The translations under genes and the position numbers were made by a program. From assembly GCA_051959955.1 (NCBI GenBank), contig JBQCEU010000021.1, positions 1 through 56,216 on the forward strand: a stretch of DNA of 56,216 nucleotides, written 5' to 3'. Under the pieces are notes generated by a model. That model was not told the origin of the DNA. It was given only the letters and a program-made list of their open reading frames with translations, and ran no database searches. This DNA comes from Terriglobales bacterium. Its GTDB lineage: Bacteria; Acidobacteriota; Terriglobia; Terriglobales; SCQP01. This document shows positions 27,163 to 37,918 of this stretch, one piece after another; position 1 is the first letter of the stretch; each line of letters starts with the position of its first letter.

Positions 27163-29028
27163 TCAGTTGTTGGCCCGCGGCATCTGGGTCACTTTCCCGT
27201 TTTCCGCATCCAGAATGGAGATGCGATTGGCGTCCAGCGTGCGGCCGGTGAGGCGCTCCACATTGACCTTGTTCTGGATGTAGGTACTTTGCGCGTTCAC
27301 GAGCGCGCTCTCCGCATTGGTCAGGTTGCTCTGATCGGTGAGCACCTGGGTGATGGTGGTCGCGCCCAAATCCAATTTCTTCTGGTCGGCTTCCAGGGTC
27401 TCGCGGTTCAGGGTCACGGCATCCTGTGCGGCGAGGATCTGCGCGCGGCTGGATTGGAGGGCAAACTGCGCCTGCTGTACGCTGATGATGATGTTGTTGA
27501 TCTGCTGCTGCTGCTGCAAATAGGATTGCTGCAGTTGCAGTTGGGCGCGGGCGACATCGGCCTGGGCGGTGCGGTTGCGCAACGGAATCTGGAGGTTGAT
27601 GCCGGCCGAGTAGCTGGGGTAGTTGCCGCCAAAAACGTCGCCAAAGGTGTTGCCGAAACTGCCTTGGAGCGAATTGGAATTGTAGCCGACCACCAGGTTC
27701 AATTGCGGCAGCAGTTCATTCTTGGTGGCCTTGAGGCTCATCTCGGAGATGGCCAGGTTGATGCGGGTCTCGGCCAGCTCGGGGCGGTATTGCAGCGCCA
27801 GCTTGACCAGCGCGCTGGCGGGCTGAATCGGTTCATTGGCGGGGAGCTTGATGGTGTCCGTGGTCACCACGTCAGCGCTGGCCCGCGCGGGGTCGGCCAG
27901 GTTTTTGGTGATGGCATTTTTCAAAAGCAGGCCATTGTATTCAAGGTTGGTCTGGGCGGCGATGAGGGTCTGCTGTTGGGTGGCGAGGTTGGCGCGGGCC
28001 TGGGTGACCTGCAGGGGCGCCATGGTGCCGATTTCCACCTGGCGCTGGGTGTCACTGAGGATCTTCTGCGACAGGTCCACGGCTTCCTGGGCCACCTTCA
28101 CCGCCTCGTTGGCGGTGACCACGTTCCAGTAAATGTCCTCCACCTGAGCCACGGTGGCCATCACCTGTTGCGCGAAGGCGATGTCGGCGATTTCACGATT
28201 GTCCTTGGCCTGGATGCGGTTGCGGCTGTTGAGCTCGATGCCGAAACCCTGGAGCAGCGGCTGGCTGAAGCTAAAGCTGAGGCCGGAGGAGAACTGGGGG
28301 TTGAAGAGGTTGCGGGTGCTGGTGCTGCTGCTGCGCACGTTGTTGTAGCCGACGCTCATTGTCCCGCCGGTGAGGAAGCCCTGGTTGAAACTGAAATCCG
28401 CCACGCCGGAATGGGACTGAATGGTGGGCAGGCCGGTGAGCACGGTGCTGCCCTGGGGCGTGACCTGATCGGCGAGGCTGAAGTTGGCGTCGAGAGTCGG
28501 GTCGAGGCTGGGAATGGCGGGTCCGCCGCCCAGGGTGGAGGTCACGATGCCGCCGGCACCGGCGCCCGCTCCGCCCGCGCCCGCGCTGGTTCCGCCGGCG
28601 CTGGCGCCGCCCGCGCCGGCGACGCCGGTGGTCGCGCCCCCGCCGCCGGGAGTACCGCTGACGATGCCGGTGGAGACGCCGCGGGGCGCCGAGCCGGCCT
28701 TGGCGCGCAGAATGTCGGTGTCGGCGATCGGCAGGTTATAGCGCTGGATGGCGATATCCAGATTGTTCTCCAGCGCCAGGGCGATGGCATCGTCGAGCGA
28801 AACGTACAGCTTGCCGCCCCGCAGCAGGCTCATCACGCGGGCGCTGTTGGAGAGATCAAGCGGCGCCACGGAAATCGGCTGCTGGCCGAACAGAGTCTGC
28901 GTCCAGGGGCGGCCGACGGAAAAATTGATGCCCTGGGGATTGACGTCAATGCTGCGGGTCTGGCCCAGGGCGGGGAGGGCGGCGAGGGAAAGTGCGGAGA
29001 CGGAGAGCAGAAGCCTGCGCATCATCAT
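27163..29028 (-). CDS. TolC-family outer membrane efflux protein with Gly/Ala-rich insert
   Basis: Signal peptide MMMRRLLLSVSALSLAALPALGQ. Two OEP repeats (LSLDDAIALALENNLDI.., coiled-coil Q/A-rich helices). GA-rich low-complexity loop. Confidence 0.9.
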   Translation of the reverse strand: MMMRRLLLSVSALSLAALPALGQTRSIDVNPQGINFSVGRPWTQTLFGQQPISVAPLDLSNSARVMSLLRGGKLYVSLDDAIALALENNLDIAIQRYNLPIADTDILRAKAGSAPRGVSTGIVSGTPGGGGATTGVAGAGGASAGGTSAGAGGAGAGAGGIVTSTLGGGPAIPSLDPTLDANFSLADQVTPQGSTVLTGLPTIQSHSGVADFSFNQGFLTGGTMSVGYNNVRSSSTSTRNLFNPQFSSGLSFSFSQPLLQGFGIELNSRNRIQAKDNREIADIAFAQQVMATVAQVEDIYWNVVTANEAVKVAQEAVDLSQKILSDTQRQVEIGTMAPLQVTQARANLATQQQTLIAAQTNLEYNGLLLKNAITKNLADPARASADVVTTDTIKLPANEPIQPASALVKLALQYRPELAETRINLAISEMSLKATKNELLPQLNLVVGYNSNSLQGSFGNTFGDVFGGNYPSYSAGINLQIPLRNRTAQADVARAQLQLQQSYLQQQQQINNIIISVQQAQFALQSSRAQILAAQDAVTLNRETLEADQKKLDLGATTITQVLTDQSNLTNAESALVNAQSTYIQNKVNVERLTGRTLDANRISILDAENGKVTQMPRANN

Positions 29029-29203
29029 GGATTTCTCGACGGTAAAGCTATGCTTGAGCAAGGACAATGGCCAATAGGTTACGAGCGACTTGGGGGCAAA
29101 GTTCCCTCCCGGCCAGGAGGGCGGCGTCATGGCCGCCCGCCTGCCAGATGGTCCGGGAAACTAGAATGATAGCAGTATTCACCGGGGCGGCCGGTGGCGC
29201 GGC

Positions 29204-29968
29204 ATGACCGGAATTAGAACTCTTCGCCTGTGTTTGAGCTACGACGGCGCGGAATTTTACGGCTGGCAGGTGCAGCCGGGGCGGCCGACGGTGCAGCAGG
29301 CGGTGAGTGATGCCATCGCCGCAGTCACGGGTGAGCGTGTCGTGGTGCATGGCTCGGGGCGCACGGACGCGGGGGTGCACGCGCTGGGCCAGGTGGCGCA
29401 TTTCCATCTCCAGGGTCGGATGCCGGCCGCCGCCATGCAACGGGCGCTGAACGCCCGCCTGCCCGCCAGCATCCGCGTGCTCGAGGCGGGCGAAGCAGCC
29501 GCCGGTTTTCATGCACGCCGCAACGCATGCGGCAAGCTGTACCGCTACCGCATCTGGCGGGAGGAGGTTTGCCCACCGTTTCTGCGCCTCTACGTGTACC
29601 ACCATCCCTACCGGCTGGACGAGGCCGCCATGGCGGCCGCCGCTCCACTGCTGCAGGGGCGGCATGATTTCCGCTCCTTTGCCGCCGGCAGCGAGGGCGG
29701 GCGGGCCCCCGCCGGCACCGAACGCACGGTGACGCGCTCGCAACTGTGGCGCGCGGGGCCGGAGTTGCTTTACGAGGTGGAAGGCGAGGGATTCCTGCGC
29801 CACATGGTGCGGAATCTGGTGGGATGGCTGCTGGAAATCGGGCGCGGAGCCCGCCACGCGGACGAGATCACGGCGGTGCTGGCCGCACGGGCACGCTCGG
29901 CCGCCGGCCCCACCGCGCCGCCCCAGGGGCTCTACCTGGTGCGGGTGGACTATGATGAAACGGCATGA
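29204..29968 (+). CDS. truA: tRNA pseudouridine(38-40) synthase
   Basis: YDGAEFYGWQVQ, and GSGRTDAGVHA containing the catalytic Asp. Confidence 0.95.
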   Translation: MTGIRTLRLCLSYDGAEFYGWQVQPGRPTVQQAVSDAIAAVTGERVVVHGSGRTDAGVHALGQVAHFHLQGRMPAAAMQRALNARLPASIRVLEAGEAAAGFHARRNACGKLYRYRIWREEVCPPFLRLYVYHHPYRLDEAAMAAAAPLLQGRHDFRSFAAGSEGGRAPAGTERTVTRSQLWRAGPELLYEVEGEGFLRHMVRNLVGWLLEIGRGARHADEITAVLAARARSAAGPTAPPQGLYLVRVDYDETA

Positions 29969-31260
29969 AGGGCGCACGCACCCTGGACGAGTCCCGCGCC
30001 GCCGTGACCACGCCGGAGGCCCAGGAGGGAGTGCTGCCGGAGGATGCGTCCGCCTTGCGCGCCGCCTGCCAGCGGCTGGAGGGATGGGAGCGCTGGCTGC
30101 AGCAGCAGCAGATGGCAGTGACGGCGGTGGCGGCGCCGACCGGCTTTGAGGCGCTGCGGGCGGAGTGGATGCGGCAGGCGTTGGCGGAGATGGGGCTGCA
30201 AACCAGCCTGGACGAGGTGGGCAACGTGCTGGCCTACCATGCCGGCCAGGGCGCGTCGCAGGACGTGGTGGCGGTGACCGCGCATCTCGACACCGCGTTT
30301 CCGCCCGGCACCGTGGTGCGGCCCGAGCGCCGGGATGGCAGGCTGTGGGGGCCCGGCATTTGCGACAATGGCGCGGGTCTGGCGGCGCTGCTGGCGCTGG
30401 CGCGGCTGCTGCGGGAGGAGCGCTGGGTGCCGCGGACCCCGGTGCTGCTGGTGGCCAATGTGGGCGAGGAAGGGGAAGGCGATCTGAAAGGCATGCGCCA
30501 TCTTTTCAGCCCCGCCAACCGCTGGGGGCGGCGCATTCGCTGGACGGTGGTGCTGGACGGCCCCGGAGTCAATCCCCTGACCACGGAGGCGCTGCCCAGC
30601 CTGCGTTTGCGCCTGGTGCTGGAAGGACCAGGCGGACATAGCTGGTCGGACCTGGGGCGGGCGAGCGCCAACCATGCCGCAGTGCGGGTGGCGGCCGCGC
30701 TGCTGGCGCAGGTCGAACCGGTAGCGGGCCGGCTGGGCTGCAATCTGGGGTGGATGCAGGGCGGCAGCGCGGTCAACGCCATCGCCGCCCGCTGCGAATG
30801 CAAGCTGGACCTGCGCGCCCGCGATCCTCATCAGCTCGAGGGGTTGGAACAGGCGGCACGGCGCGCGCTGGCCCAGGGCGTGGAACAGGAAAACGCGGCC
30901 GCGCTGAGCGGCCGGGTGCGCGGCCGCTGGGAGCGCATCGGAGAGCGGCCCGGCGGCGCCCTGGCCGATGATGCTCCTCTGCTGCGGCTGGTGCGGCAGG
31001 TGGATGCGGCCCTCGGCATCGCCACCCAGACGCAGTGCGCGTCCACCGACGCCAACATCCCCATCGCCCAAGGTCGCCAGGCTTTGCGGCTGGGCGCCGG
31101 AGGCAAGGCCGGCGGCATTCATACTTTGCAGGAGTGGTACGATCCCACCAGCCGCACCCGCGCGCTGCAGCGCATTCTGTGGGTGTTGTGGGCGCTGAGC
31201 CGCCCGGCCTCCCCGGGCGCAAGGCAGGGCGGGCGCCGCCTCCGTCGCCGGGCGGCATGA
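29965..31260 (+). CDS. M20/M25/M40 family metallohydrolase (peptidase T/ArgE-like)
   Basis: AHLDT, GICDNGAGLAALL, and NVGEEGEGDL metal-ligand motifs. ATGA overlap with truA. Confidence 0.85.
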   Translation: MKGARTLDESRAAVTTPEAQEGVLPEDASALRAACQRLEGWERWLQQQQMAVTAVAAPTGFEALRAEWMRQALAEMGLQTSLDEVGNVLAYHAGQGASQDVVAVTAHLDTAFPPGTVVRPERRDGRLWGPGICDNGAGLAALLALARLLREERWVPRTPVLLVANVGEEGEGDLKGMRHLFSPANRWGRRIRWTVVLDGPGVNPLTTEALPSLRLRLVLEGPGGHSWSDLGRASANHAAVRVAAALLAQVEPVAGRLGCNLGWMQGGSAVNAIAARCECKLDLRARDPHQLEGLEQAARRALAQGVEQENAAALSGRVRGRWERIGERPGGALADDAPLLRLVRQVDAALGIATQTQCASTDANIPIAQGRQALRLGAGGKAGGIHTLQEWYDPTSRTRALQRILWVLWALSRPASPGARQGGRRLRRRAA

Positions 31261-32156
31261 TCGCCGATTCTCCCCGCCCGCGGCAACGGCGCCGGGTGCT
31301 GGTGGCGGATGCGGCCCTGTTGGCGGTCACCTTTGTCTGGGGCGTGACTTTCCCCCTGGTGAAGGCGGCGCTGGCGGATGCCCAGCCGCTGCTGTTTGTT
31401 GCCGTGCGCCTGAGTCTGGCGGCCCTGTTGCTGTTGGCCATCTACCGCCCGCGGCTGCGGCAGATTGCCGGCGCGCAGTGGGCCGCGGGCGCCTGGCTGG
31501 GATTGTTTCTGGCCAGTGGCTATGCGCTGCAGACAGCCGGACTGGCGCTGACCTCGCCCGCGGCGGCCGCCTTCCTGACCAGTATTTCCGTCATCCTGGT
31601 GCCCCTGTTGCTGGCCGGGTTCTGGCGCCGGAGGCTGCCGGCCAGGGCCTGGTTCAGCACCGCCCTGGCGCTGGCGGGGTTGTACCTGCTGCTCGCCATC
31701 CCGGGGGGCGGCGCCGAAGCCGCCCGTTGGCGCGGCAACCTGCTGGAGGCAGCCTGCGCCCTGGCGTTCGCCCTGCATATTGTCAACCTGGGAGAGTGGT
31801 CGCCGCGTTTCGGCTTCCGCGATCTGGCGGTTCTGCAGATCGTCTTCGCGGCGCTGTTCAGTTGGACGATGTTGCCGCTCGGCGGCCCGCTTCACTGGAG
31901 CAATTCGCCGCGCCTTTGGCTGGCGCTCGCGATTACCGCCGTGCTGGCCACCGCGGTGGCGTTCACCGTGCAGAGTTGGTCGCAGCAGTTCACACCCGCC
32001 AACCATACGGCGGTGATCTTTGCCGCCGAACCGGTCTTCGCCTGGCTGGCGGCTGCCTGGGGATGGCGCGAAGCCCTGCAGCCGGTGCAGGCGGCGGGTG
32101 CGCTTCTGGTGGTGGCCGCGATGCTGTTGCTGGAGTGGCGCCCGGGGCGCGGCTAA
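31257..32156 (+). CDS. DMT superfamily (EamA-like) transporter
   Basis: 299 aa with about 10 TM helices in two EamA-like halves. ATGA overlap with the upstream gene. Confidence 0.85.
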   Translation: MIADSPRPRQRRRVLVADAALLAVTFVWGVTFPLVKAALADAQPLLFVAVRLSLAALLLLAIYRPRLRQIAGAQWAAGAWLGLFLASGYALQTAGLALTSPAAAAFLTSISVILVPLLLAGFWRRRLPARAWFSTALALAGLYLLLAIPGGGAEAARWRGNLLEAACALAFALHIVNLGEWSPRFGFRDLAVLQIVFAALFSWTMLPLGGPLHWSNSPRLWLALAITAVLATAVAFTVQSWSQQFTPANHTAVIFAAEPVFAWLAAAWGWREALQPVQAAGALLVVAAMLLLEWRPGRG

Positions 32157-32596
32157 TCGCGGGCGTGGCGCTCGGCGTCCATCAGGTTTTCCCACAGACT
32201 GCCATACCCGACCCAGCGCCGCACCCGGCTGCTCGACAAGTGCACTTCGGGCACATAGAGCTTGCCATGACCGTAGGTGCAGATGTATTCGGTATAGGGA
32301 GATCCGCCGAGCATGACGTGCCCATAGTCGCCCGCGGTGCGCGGCATGCGCAACCGCCGCGCGCACCGGCGGCAGCGGTAGACCTGATCCACCGCGCACA
32401 ACCAGCCCAGGCCAAAGCCCACCAGGACGGAAAAAAAGACGGCGAAGGTGTAGGGCAGATCGCTGCCCAGGCGCGGCCAGTCGGCCAGAAGCCCTGCCGG
32501 CGCGGGTGGCACCGCCCAACTGGCGACCATCCAGAAGGCGCCCACCAGCAGGACGGCGAGGGCCAGCTTGACGGCGAGTAAACCCCAGAAGCGCAT
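32153..32596 (-). CDS. hypothetical membrane protein with C-terminal Cys/His zinc-ribbon-like motif
   Basis: Two hydrophobic helices, then YRCRRCARRL..YICTYGHG. Stop codons overlap the convergent eamA-like gene (CTAA). Confidence 0.55.
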   Translation of the reverse strand: MRFWGLLAVKLALAVLLVGAFWMVASWAVPPAPAGLLADWPRLGSDLPYTFAVFFSVLVGFGLGWLCAVDQVYRCRRCARRLRMPRTAGDYGHVMLGGSPYTEYICTYGHGKLYVPEVHLSSSRVRRWVGYGSLWENLMDAERHARD

Positions 32597-32699
32597 GGCA
32601 GCTCCAGCTATAAGTTTAGACGCAGGCAAAGCACCCGCGGTGGTGCGGCGCCTGCGCCGCGCTGGTTCTCACAGCAGGCGGCAGGGTAACATCGGGGGC

Positions 32700-32794
32700 G
32701 GAAGCGCATGTGGCCGGGTGGCTGCCCTGGTCTTCAAAACCAGTGTGGCGTCCGCTGGACGCCGGATCGGTTCGACTCCGATGCGCTTCCGCCA
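32700..32794 (+). tRNA. selC: tRNA-Sec (selenocysteine, anticodon TCA)
   Basis: 95 nt. 8-bp acceptor stem GGAAGCGC/GCGCTTCC; 6-bp D stem with a 4-nt loop; anticodon loop CTTCAAA; long variable arm GTGGCGTCC..GGACGCCGG; T arm ATCGG-TTCGACT-CCGAT; discriminator G plus CCA. The arm-by-arm layout matches E. coli selC. Confidence 0.95.
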
Positions 32795-32808
32795 GAAGGC
32801 TGGATTTT

Positions 32809-35487
32809 ATGATGGGGGATATGCAAGCCGAGGCAGGCCCGCCCGCCGCGCGGCTGGATCTGACGTCGGATCCGGCGGCGGCGGCAGCGGGACTGGAACG
32901 ATACTGGGCGGCGGCGCCGGAAGTGGCGCGTGCGGCGCTGCGCCAGGATCCGGGACTGCTGCGGGCGCTGGCCGCCCTGATGGCGGGCAGCGAATTTCTG
33001 GGTGAGGCGCTGATCCAGAATCCGGAGTGGCTGCTGTGGCTCGCGCAGGAACGCCGCCGCAGCGGCACCCGGCCCGCCGAGGAGTGGAGCGCCATGCTGG
33101 GGGCGTTCACGGCCAATCTGGCGCCGGCGGAGCGCACGCGCGGGCTCATCCGCTTCAAGCGGCGCGAATATCTCCGCATCGCGCTGCGCGATCTGGAAGG
33201 GCGGGCGGGGCTGGCGGAAACGGCACGGGAGCTGTCGGATCTGGCGGATGCCGAATTGCAGCAAGCCTATGCCTGGGCCTGGAATGAGCTGGCGGGCGAG
33301 TTCGGCACGCCGCAGGGGACGGGCGGCGCGGCCGAGTTTGTGGTGATCGCGCTGGGAAAGCTGGGCGGGGGCGAGCTCAACTACAGTTCCGACATTGACC
33401 TGATGTTCGCCTATGGCGGCGATGGCGCCACGCGCGGCGGAGCGCGCAGTCTCAGCCATCACGAGTTCTTCACCCGCCTGGCGCAAGCCATCACGCGCAC
33501 CGTATCGGCGGTGACCGGCGAGGGCCCCGCCTTCCGCGTGGACCTGCGGCTGCGGCCGGGAGGGCGGGAAGGCGAACTGGCCCAGCCCTGGGAGCGCCTG
33601 GCCGATTACTATCTCCGCCAGGCCCGGGCGTGGGAACTGCAGATGCTGCTTCGGGCGCGGGGGTGCGCCGGCTCGATCCGGCTGGCGGCGCGGTTGCTGC
33701 AGGCGGTGGCGCCGCGCATGTTCCCCGTCCAGCCCGACGCGGCGGCGATGGCGGAGGGAGTGCGCGGCGCGCGTCAGGCCATCCACCAGCAGCTGCGCCG
33801 CCACCGCGCCACCGGCAGGCGGCGCAGCGAGGTGGATGTGAAACTGGATGCGGGCGGCATCCGCGATATTGAGTTCCTGACGCAGTATCTGCAGCGTTTG
33901 CATGGGGGGCGCGATCCCTGGGTGCGCAGCGGGCACACGCTGCAGGCCCTGCAACGGCTGCACGACAAGGGCTGGATGCCCAGCCGCGATCTGCAACTGC
34001 TCTCCTCCGCCTACATCCTGCTGCGGCACGTCGAGCACCGGCTGCAACTGCGTTGGGGGCAGCAGACCCATGCCCTGCCGGCCCGCGCCGCGGCGCGCCA
34101 GGCGCTGGCGCTGAGCCTGCGCGCGGTGATACCCGGATGGGATGCCGAGGAAGAGGCGGCCATGACGGCGATTGCGGCGCGCATGGCCGGCGTGGAGGGC
34201 GTATACCATCGCTATCTCGGCGGCAACGAGGCCCGGGCCGCGCGCGCGCCGGAAGGGGCTCCCGGCCCGCTGGCCTGGCTGCAGCGGCCGCTCAGTCCGC
34301 ACGCAAAACTCCAGGCCCTGCGCCGGGAGCGCAGCCTGGCGAGCTGGCCGGATGCCGTCGCCGCGGTGCGAACGCTGGACCCCGCGGCGGCCGAACGCAC
34401 CGTGCGGGCGCTGGAATCCAGCGACTGGATGGCGGAGGCGTTGATTCGCCGCCCCCACCTGGCACTGGTTCTGGCGGAGGGGCCCGAGCCCCCCTTGCCC
34501 GACGATATGACGGAGTTGCGCCTCTGGCAGCACGGCCAATTGCTGCGCTTGCTGTCCCGTGAGTGGGAGCAAGGTTGGCCGGTGGAGCGCAGCCTGCAGG
34601 CCTGTACCACGTTGGCGGAGCGGGTTTTGGAACACGGTCTGCACCTGGCACGCGCCGGCAGCCGGCTTGCGCCCAGCCTGGCAGTGCTGGGACTGGGGCG
34701 GCTGGGTCTGGGCGAACTGGACCTGCTGTCGGACGTGGACCTGGTGTTTGTGGCCGAGGAAGACGATCGCGAGGCCGCGGCCCGGCTGGGGGCGCGCTGG
34801 ATTCAAGTGCTGACCACCTATACCCAGGCGGGAACCCTCTATGCCGTGGATACCCGCTTGCGGCCCGGAGGCCGGGACGGCGAGCTGGTGCAGACACCGG
34901 CCAGCCTGGCGCGCTATTTTCGCGAACACGCCGGCTTGTGGGAGGCCGTGAGCTATCTCAAGGCGCGGGCCGTGGCCGGCGACGGCGCGACGGCCGCCCG
35001 GGCGCTGGCGGGGGTGCGGGCGGCGGTGACGGAACGTTTTCAGGGCCAGGCGATCGGGGGCGAGTTGCAGCGCCTGCGCGACCGCATGGAGCGGGAAGGG
35101 AAGCCGGGGCGCTGGGGATTGAAGACCGTGGCGGGCGGCTACTATGACGTGGACTTTGTCATCTCCCGCCGCCTGTTGGAGTCCGGACACGCCGGTTTCG
35201 GCCCCACCGGACTGGCGGGCTGGGCGCAGGCGGCCGGCCGCGGCCTGCTGCCGGCCGCGGTGGCCGCGGAACTGGCGGAGGCGGTGAGGCTGCTGCGCGC
35301 GGCCGATCATGCCCTGCGGGTGGGCACGGGCAAGGCGGGCGCGGCGGTGCCCGCCGCCGGCGCCAGTCTGGAGCGCGGCTGGAACTGGCTGGCCCGCATC
35401 GGGGCGGTGGAGTCGCCGGCAGCGGCGGCGGAGGCGGTGGACCGGGCGCGCCGCGGCATCCGGACAATCTATCAAGCCTTGCTATAA
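32809..35487 (+). CDS. glnE: bifunctional glutamine synthetase adenylyltransferase/adenylyl-removing enzyme
   Basis: Two nucleotidyltransferase repeats: GKLGGGELNYSSDIDLMF and GRLGLGELDLLSDVDLVFV. The start was trimmed to the ATG at 32809 so the CDS clears the tRNA. Confidence 0.93.
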   Translation: MMGDMQAEAGPPAARLDLTSDPAAAAAGLERYWAAAPEVARAALRQDPGLLRALAALMAGSEFLGEALIQNPEWLLWLAQERRRSGTRPAEEWSAMLGAFTANLAPAERTRGLIRFKRREYLRIALRDLEGRAGLAETARELSDLADAELQQAYAWAWNELAGEFGTPQGTGGAAEFVVIALGKLGGGELNYSSDIDLMFAYGGDGATRGGARSLSHHEFFTRLAQAITRTVSAVTGEGPAFRVDLRLRPGGREGELAQPWERLADYYLRQARAWELQMLLRARGCAGSIRLAARLLQAVAPRMFPVQPDAAAMAEGVRGARQAIHQQLRRHRATGRRRSEVDVKLDAGGIRDIEFLTQYLQRLHGGRDPWVRSGHTLQALQRLHDKGWMPSRDLQLLSSAYILLRHVEHRLQLRWGQQTHALPARAAARQALALSLRAVIPGWDAEEEAAMTAIAARMAGVEGVYHRYLGGNEARAARAPEGAPGPLAWLQRPLSPHAKLQALRRERSLASWPDAVAAVRTLDPAAAERTVRALESSDWMAEALIRRPHLALVLAEGPEPPLPDDMTELRLWQHGQLLRLLSREWEQGWPVERSLQACTTLAERVLEHGLHLARAGSRLAPSLAVLGLGRLGLGELDLLSDVDLVFVAEEDDREAAARLGARWIQVLTTYTQAGTLYAVDTRLRPGGRDGELVQTPASLARYFREHAGLWEAVSYLKARAVAGDGATAARALAGVRAAVTERFQGQAIGGELQRLRDRMEREGKPGRWGLKTVAGGYYDVDFVISRRLLESGHAGFGPTGLAGWAQAAGRGLLPAAVAAELAEAVRLLRAADHALRVGTGKAGAAVPAAGASLERGWNWLARIGAVESPAAAAEAVDRARRGIRTIYQALL

Positions 35488-35513
35488 CTGAATGTGGCGA
35501 AAGGAGACCGCGG

Positions 35514-35678
35514 ATGCGGCTGGTTTTTCCGTTACTATATTGGTTTGGACTCATGCTGGCGCTCATCGGAGTTGGCCTGCGTTTCTGGATGGGCGCCGGG
35601 AGTCTGGGACTGGCGGTGGCGGTCGCGGGGGTGGCCCTGCTGCTGACCGCGCGCCTGGCCCAACGATTGCGACGCTGA
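35514..35678 (+). CDS. 54-aa hypothetical two-helix membrane peptide (below the track's size cutoff)
   Basis: AAGGAG Shine-Dalgarno 7 nt upstream of the ATG. Two hydrophobic segments and an Arg-rich C-terminus. GC3 about 72%. Confidence 0.45.
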   Translation: MRLVFPLLYWFGLMLALIGVGLRFWMGAGSLGLAVAVAGVALLLTARLAQRLRR

Positions 35679-35690
35679 ATCAGGAGAACT

Positions 35691-36947
<1,257 letters not shown>

Positions 36948-36979
36948 GAGCTCATTTTCAATTCACACACAGGAGAACT

Positions 36980-37906
36980 ATGCGGAAGAAAATCACCGTC
37001 GTCGGCGCCGGCAATGTGGGCGCCACCACCGCCCACTGGCTGGCCACGCGCGAAATCGCGGATGTGGTGCTGGTGGACATCGCCGAAGGCATTCCCCAGG
37101 GCAAGGCACTCGACCTGCGCCAGGCCACGCCCATCATCGGCACCGACGTGGCCCTGACCGACAGCAACAGCTATGAGGACACCGCCAACTCCGACGTGGT
37201 GATCCTCACCGCCGGACTCGCGCGCAAGCCGGGCATGAGCCGCGACGACCTGCTGCGGAAAAATTACGAAGTCATCGCCAGTTGCGTGAAGCCGGTGGTG
37301 GAGCTCTCGCCCAACGCCATTCTGATTCTGGTCACCAACCCGCTCGACGCCATGGCCCAGGCGGCCTACAAGATCAGCCGCTTCAGCCGCAACCGGGTGA
37401 TCGGCATGGCGGGGGTTCTGGATTCGGCCCGCTTCGCCACCTTCATCGCCATGGAGCTGAACGTTTCGGTGGAGAACGTGCAGGCGTTCGTGCTCGGCGG
37501 CCATGGCGATACCATGGTGCCGCTGCCGCGCTACACCACCGTCGCCGGCATCCCCATCACCGAGCTGATGGACGCCGCCACGATCGAGAAGCTGGTGCAG
37601 CGCACCCGCAACGGCGGCGCCGAGATCGTCGCCCACCTGAAAACCGGCAGCGCCTACTATGCGCCCTCCGCGGCGGCGGTGCAGATGGCGGAGGCCATTC
37701 TCAAGGACAAAAAGCAGATTCTGCCCTGCGCTGCTTATCTGGAAGGCGAGTACGGCATCCAAGGATTGTTTGTCGGCGTGCCCTGCAAGCTGGGAGCGCG
37801 CGGCATCGAAGAAGTGATTCAGGTGAAGCTCACCCCGGAAGAAAACGCGGCCCTGCAGAAATCGGCCGAGGCGGTGCGGCAACTGGTCCAGGTGATCGGA
37901 GTCTAA
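36980..37906 (+). CDS. mdh: malate dehydrogenase (LDH-like type)
   Basis: [12 protein letters not shown] Rossmann motif, LDSARF, and GGHGDTMVP. Confidence 0.97.
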   Translation: MRKKITVVGAGNVGATTAHWLATREIADVVLVDIAEGIPQGKALDLRQATPIIGTDVALTDSNSYEDTANSDVVILTAGLARKPGMSRDDLLRKNYEVIASCVKPVVELSPNAILILVTNPLDAMAQAAYKISRFSRNRVIGMAGVLDSARFATFIAMELNVSVENVQAFVLGGHGDTMVPLPRYTTVAGIPITELMDAATIEKLVQRTRNGGAEIVAHLKTGSAYYAPSAAAVQMAEAILKDKKQILPCAAYLEGEYGIQGLFVGVPCKLGARGIEEVIQVKLTPEENAALQKSAEAVRQLVQVIGV

Positions 37907-37918
37907 AGGAGAACAGCC

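Noticed and set aside
28540-28700. Highly repetitive GC-rich stretch that could be mistaken for a tandem repeat or CRISPR-like array
   Set aside because: It is the in-frame Gly/Ala-rich loop of TolC (GGGATTGVAGAGGASAGG...). It has no spacer/repeat periodicity.
27289-29169. 626-aa plus-strand ORF antisense to tolC
   Set aside because: Low-complexity Gly/Ala/Leu translation. The minus frame has a signal peptide and OEP repeats.
32710-32808. N-terminal 33 codons of the track ORF for glnE
   Set aside because: This stretch is the body of tRNA-Sec. glnE was restarted at the ATG at 32809.
32597-32900. Genomic island or integrase next to selC
   Set aside because: selC is a known integration hotspot, but both flanks here are ordinary chromosomal genes. 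No integrase, direct repeat of the tRNA 3' end, or compositional shift is visible.
32734-35475. 913-aa minus-strand ORF antisense to glnE
   Set aside because: Shadow ORF. The plus frame has both GlnE nucleotidyltransferase motifs.
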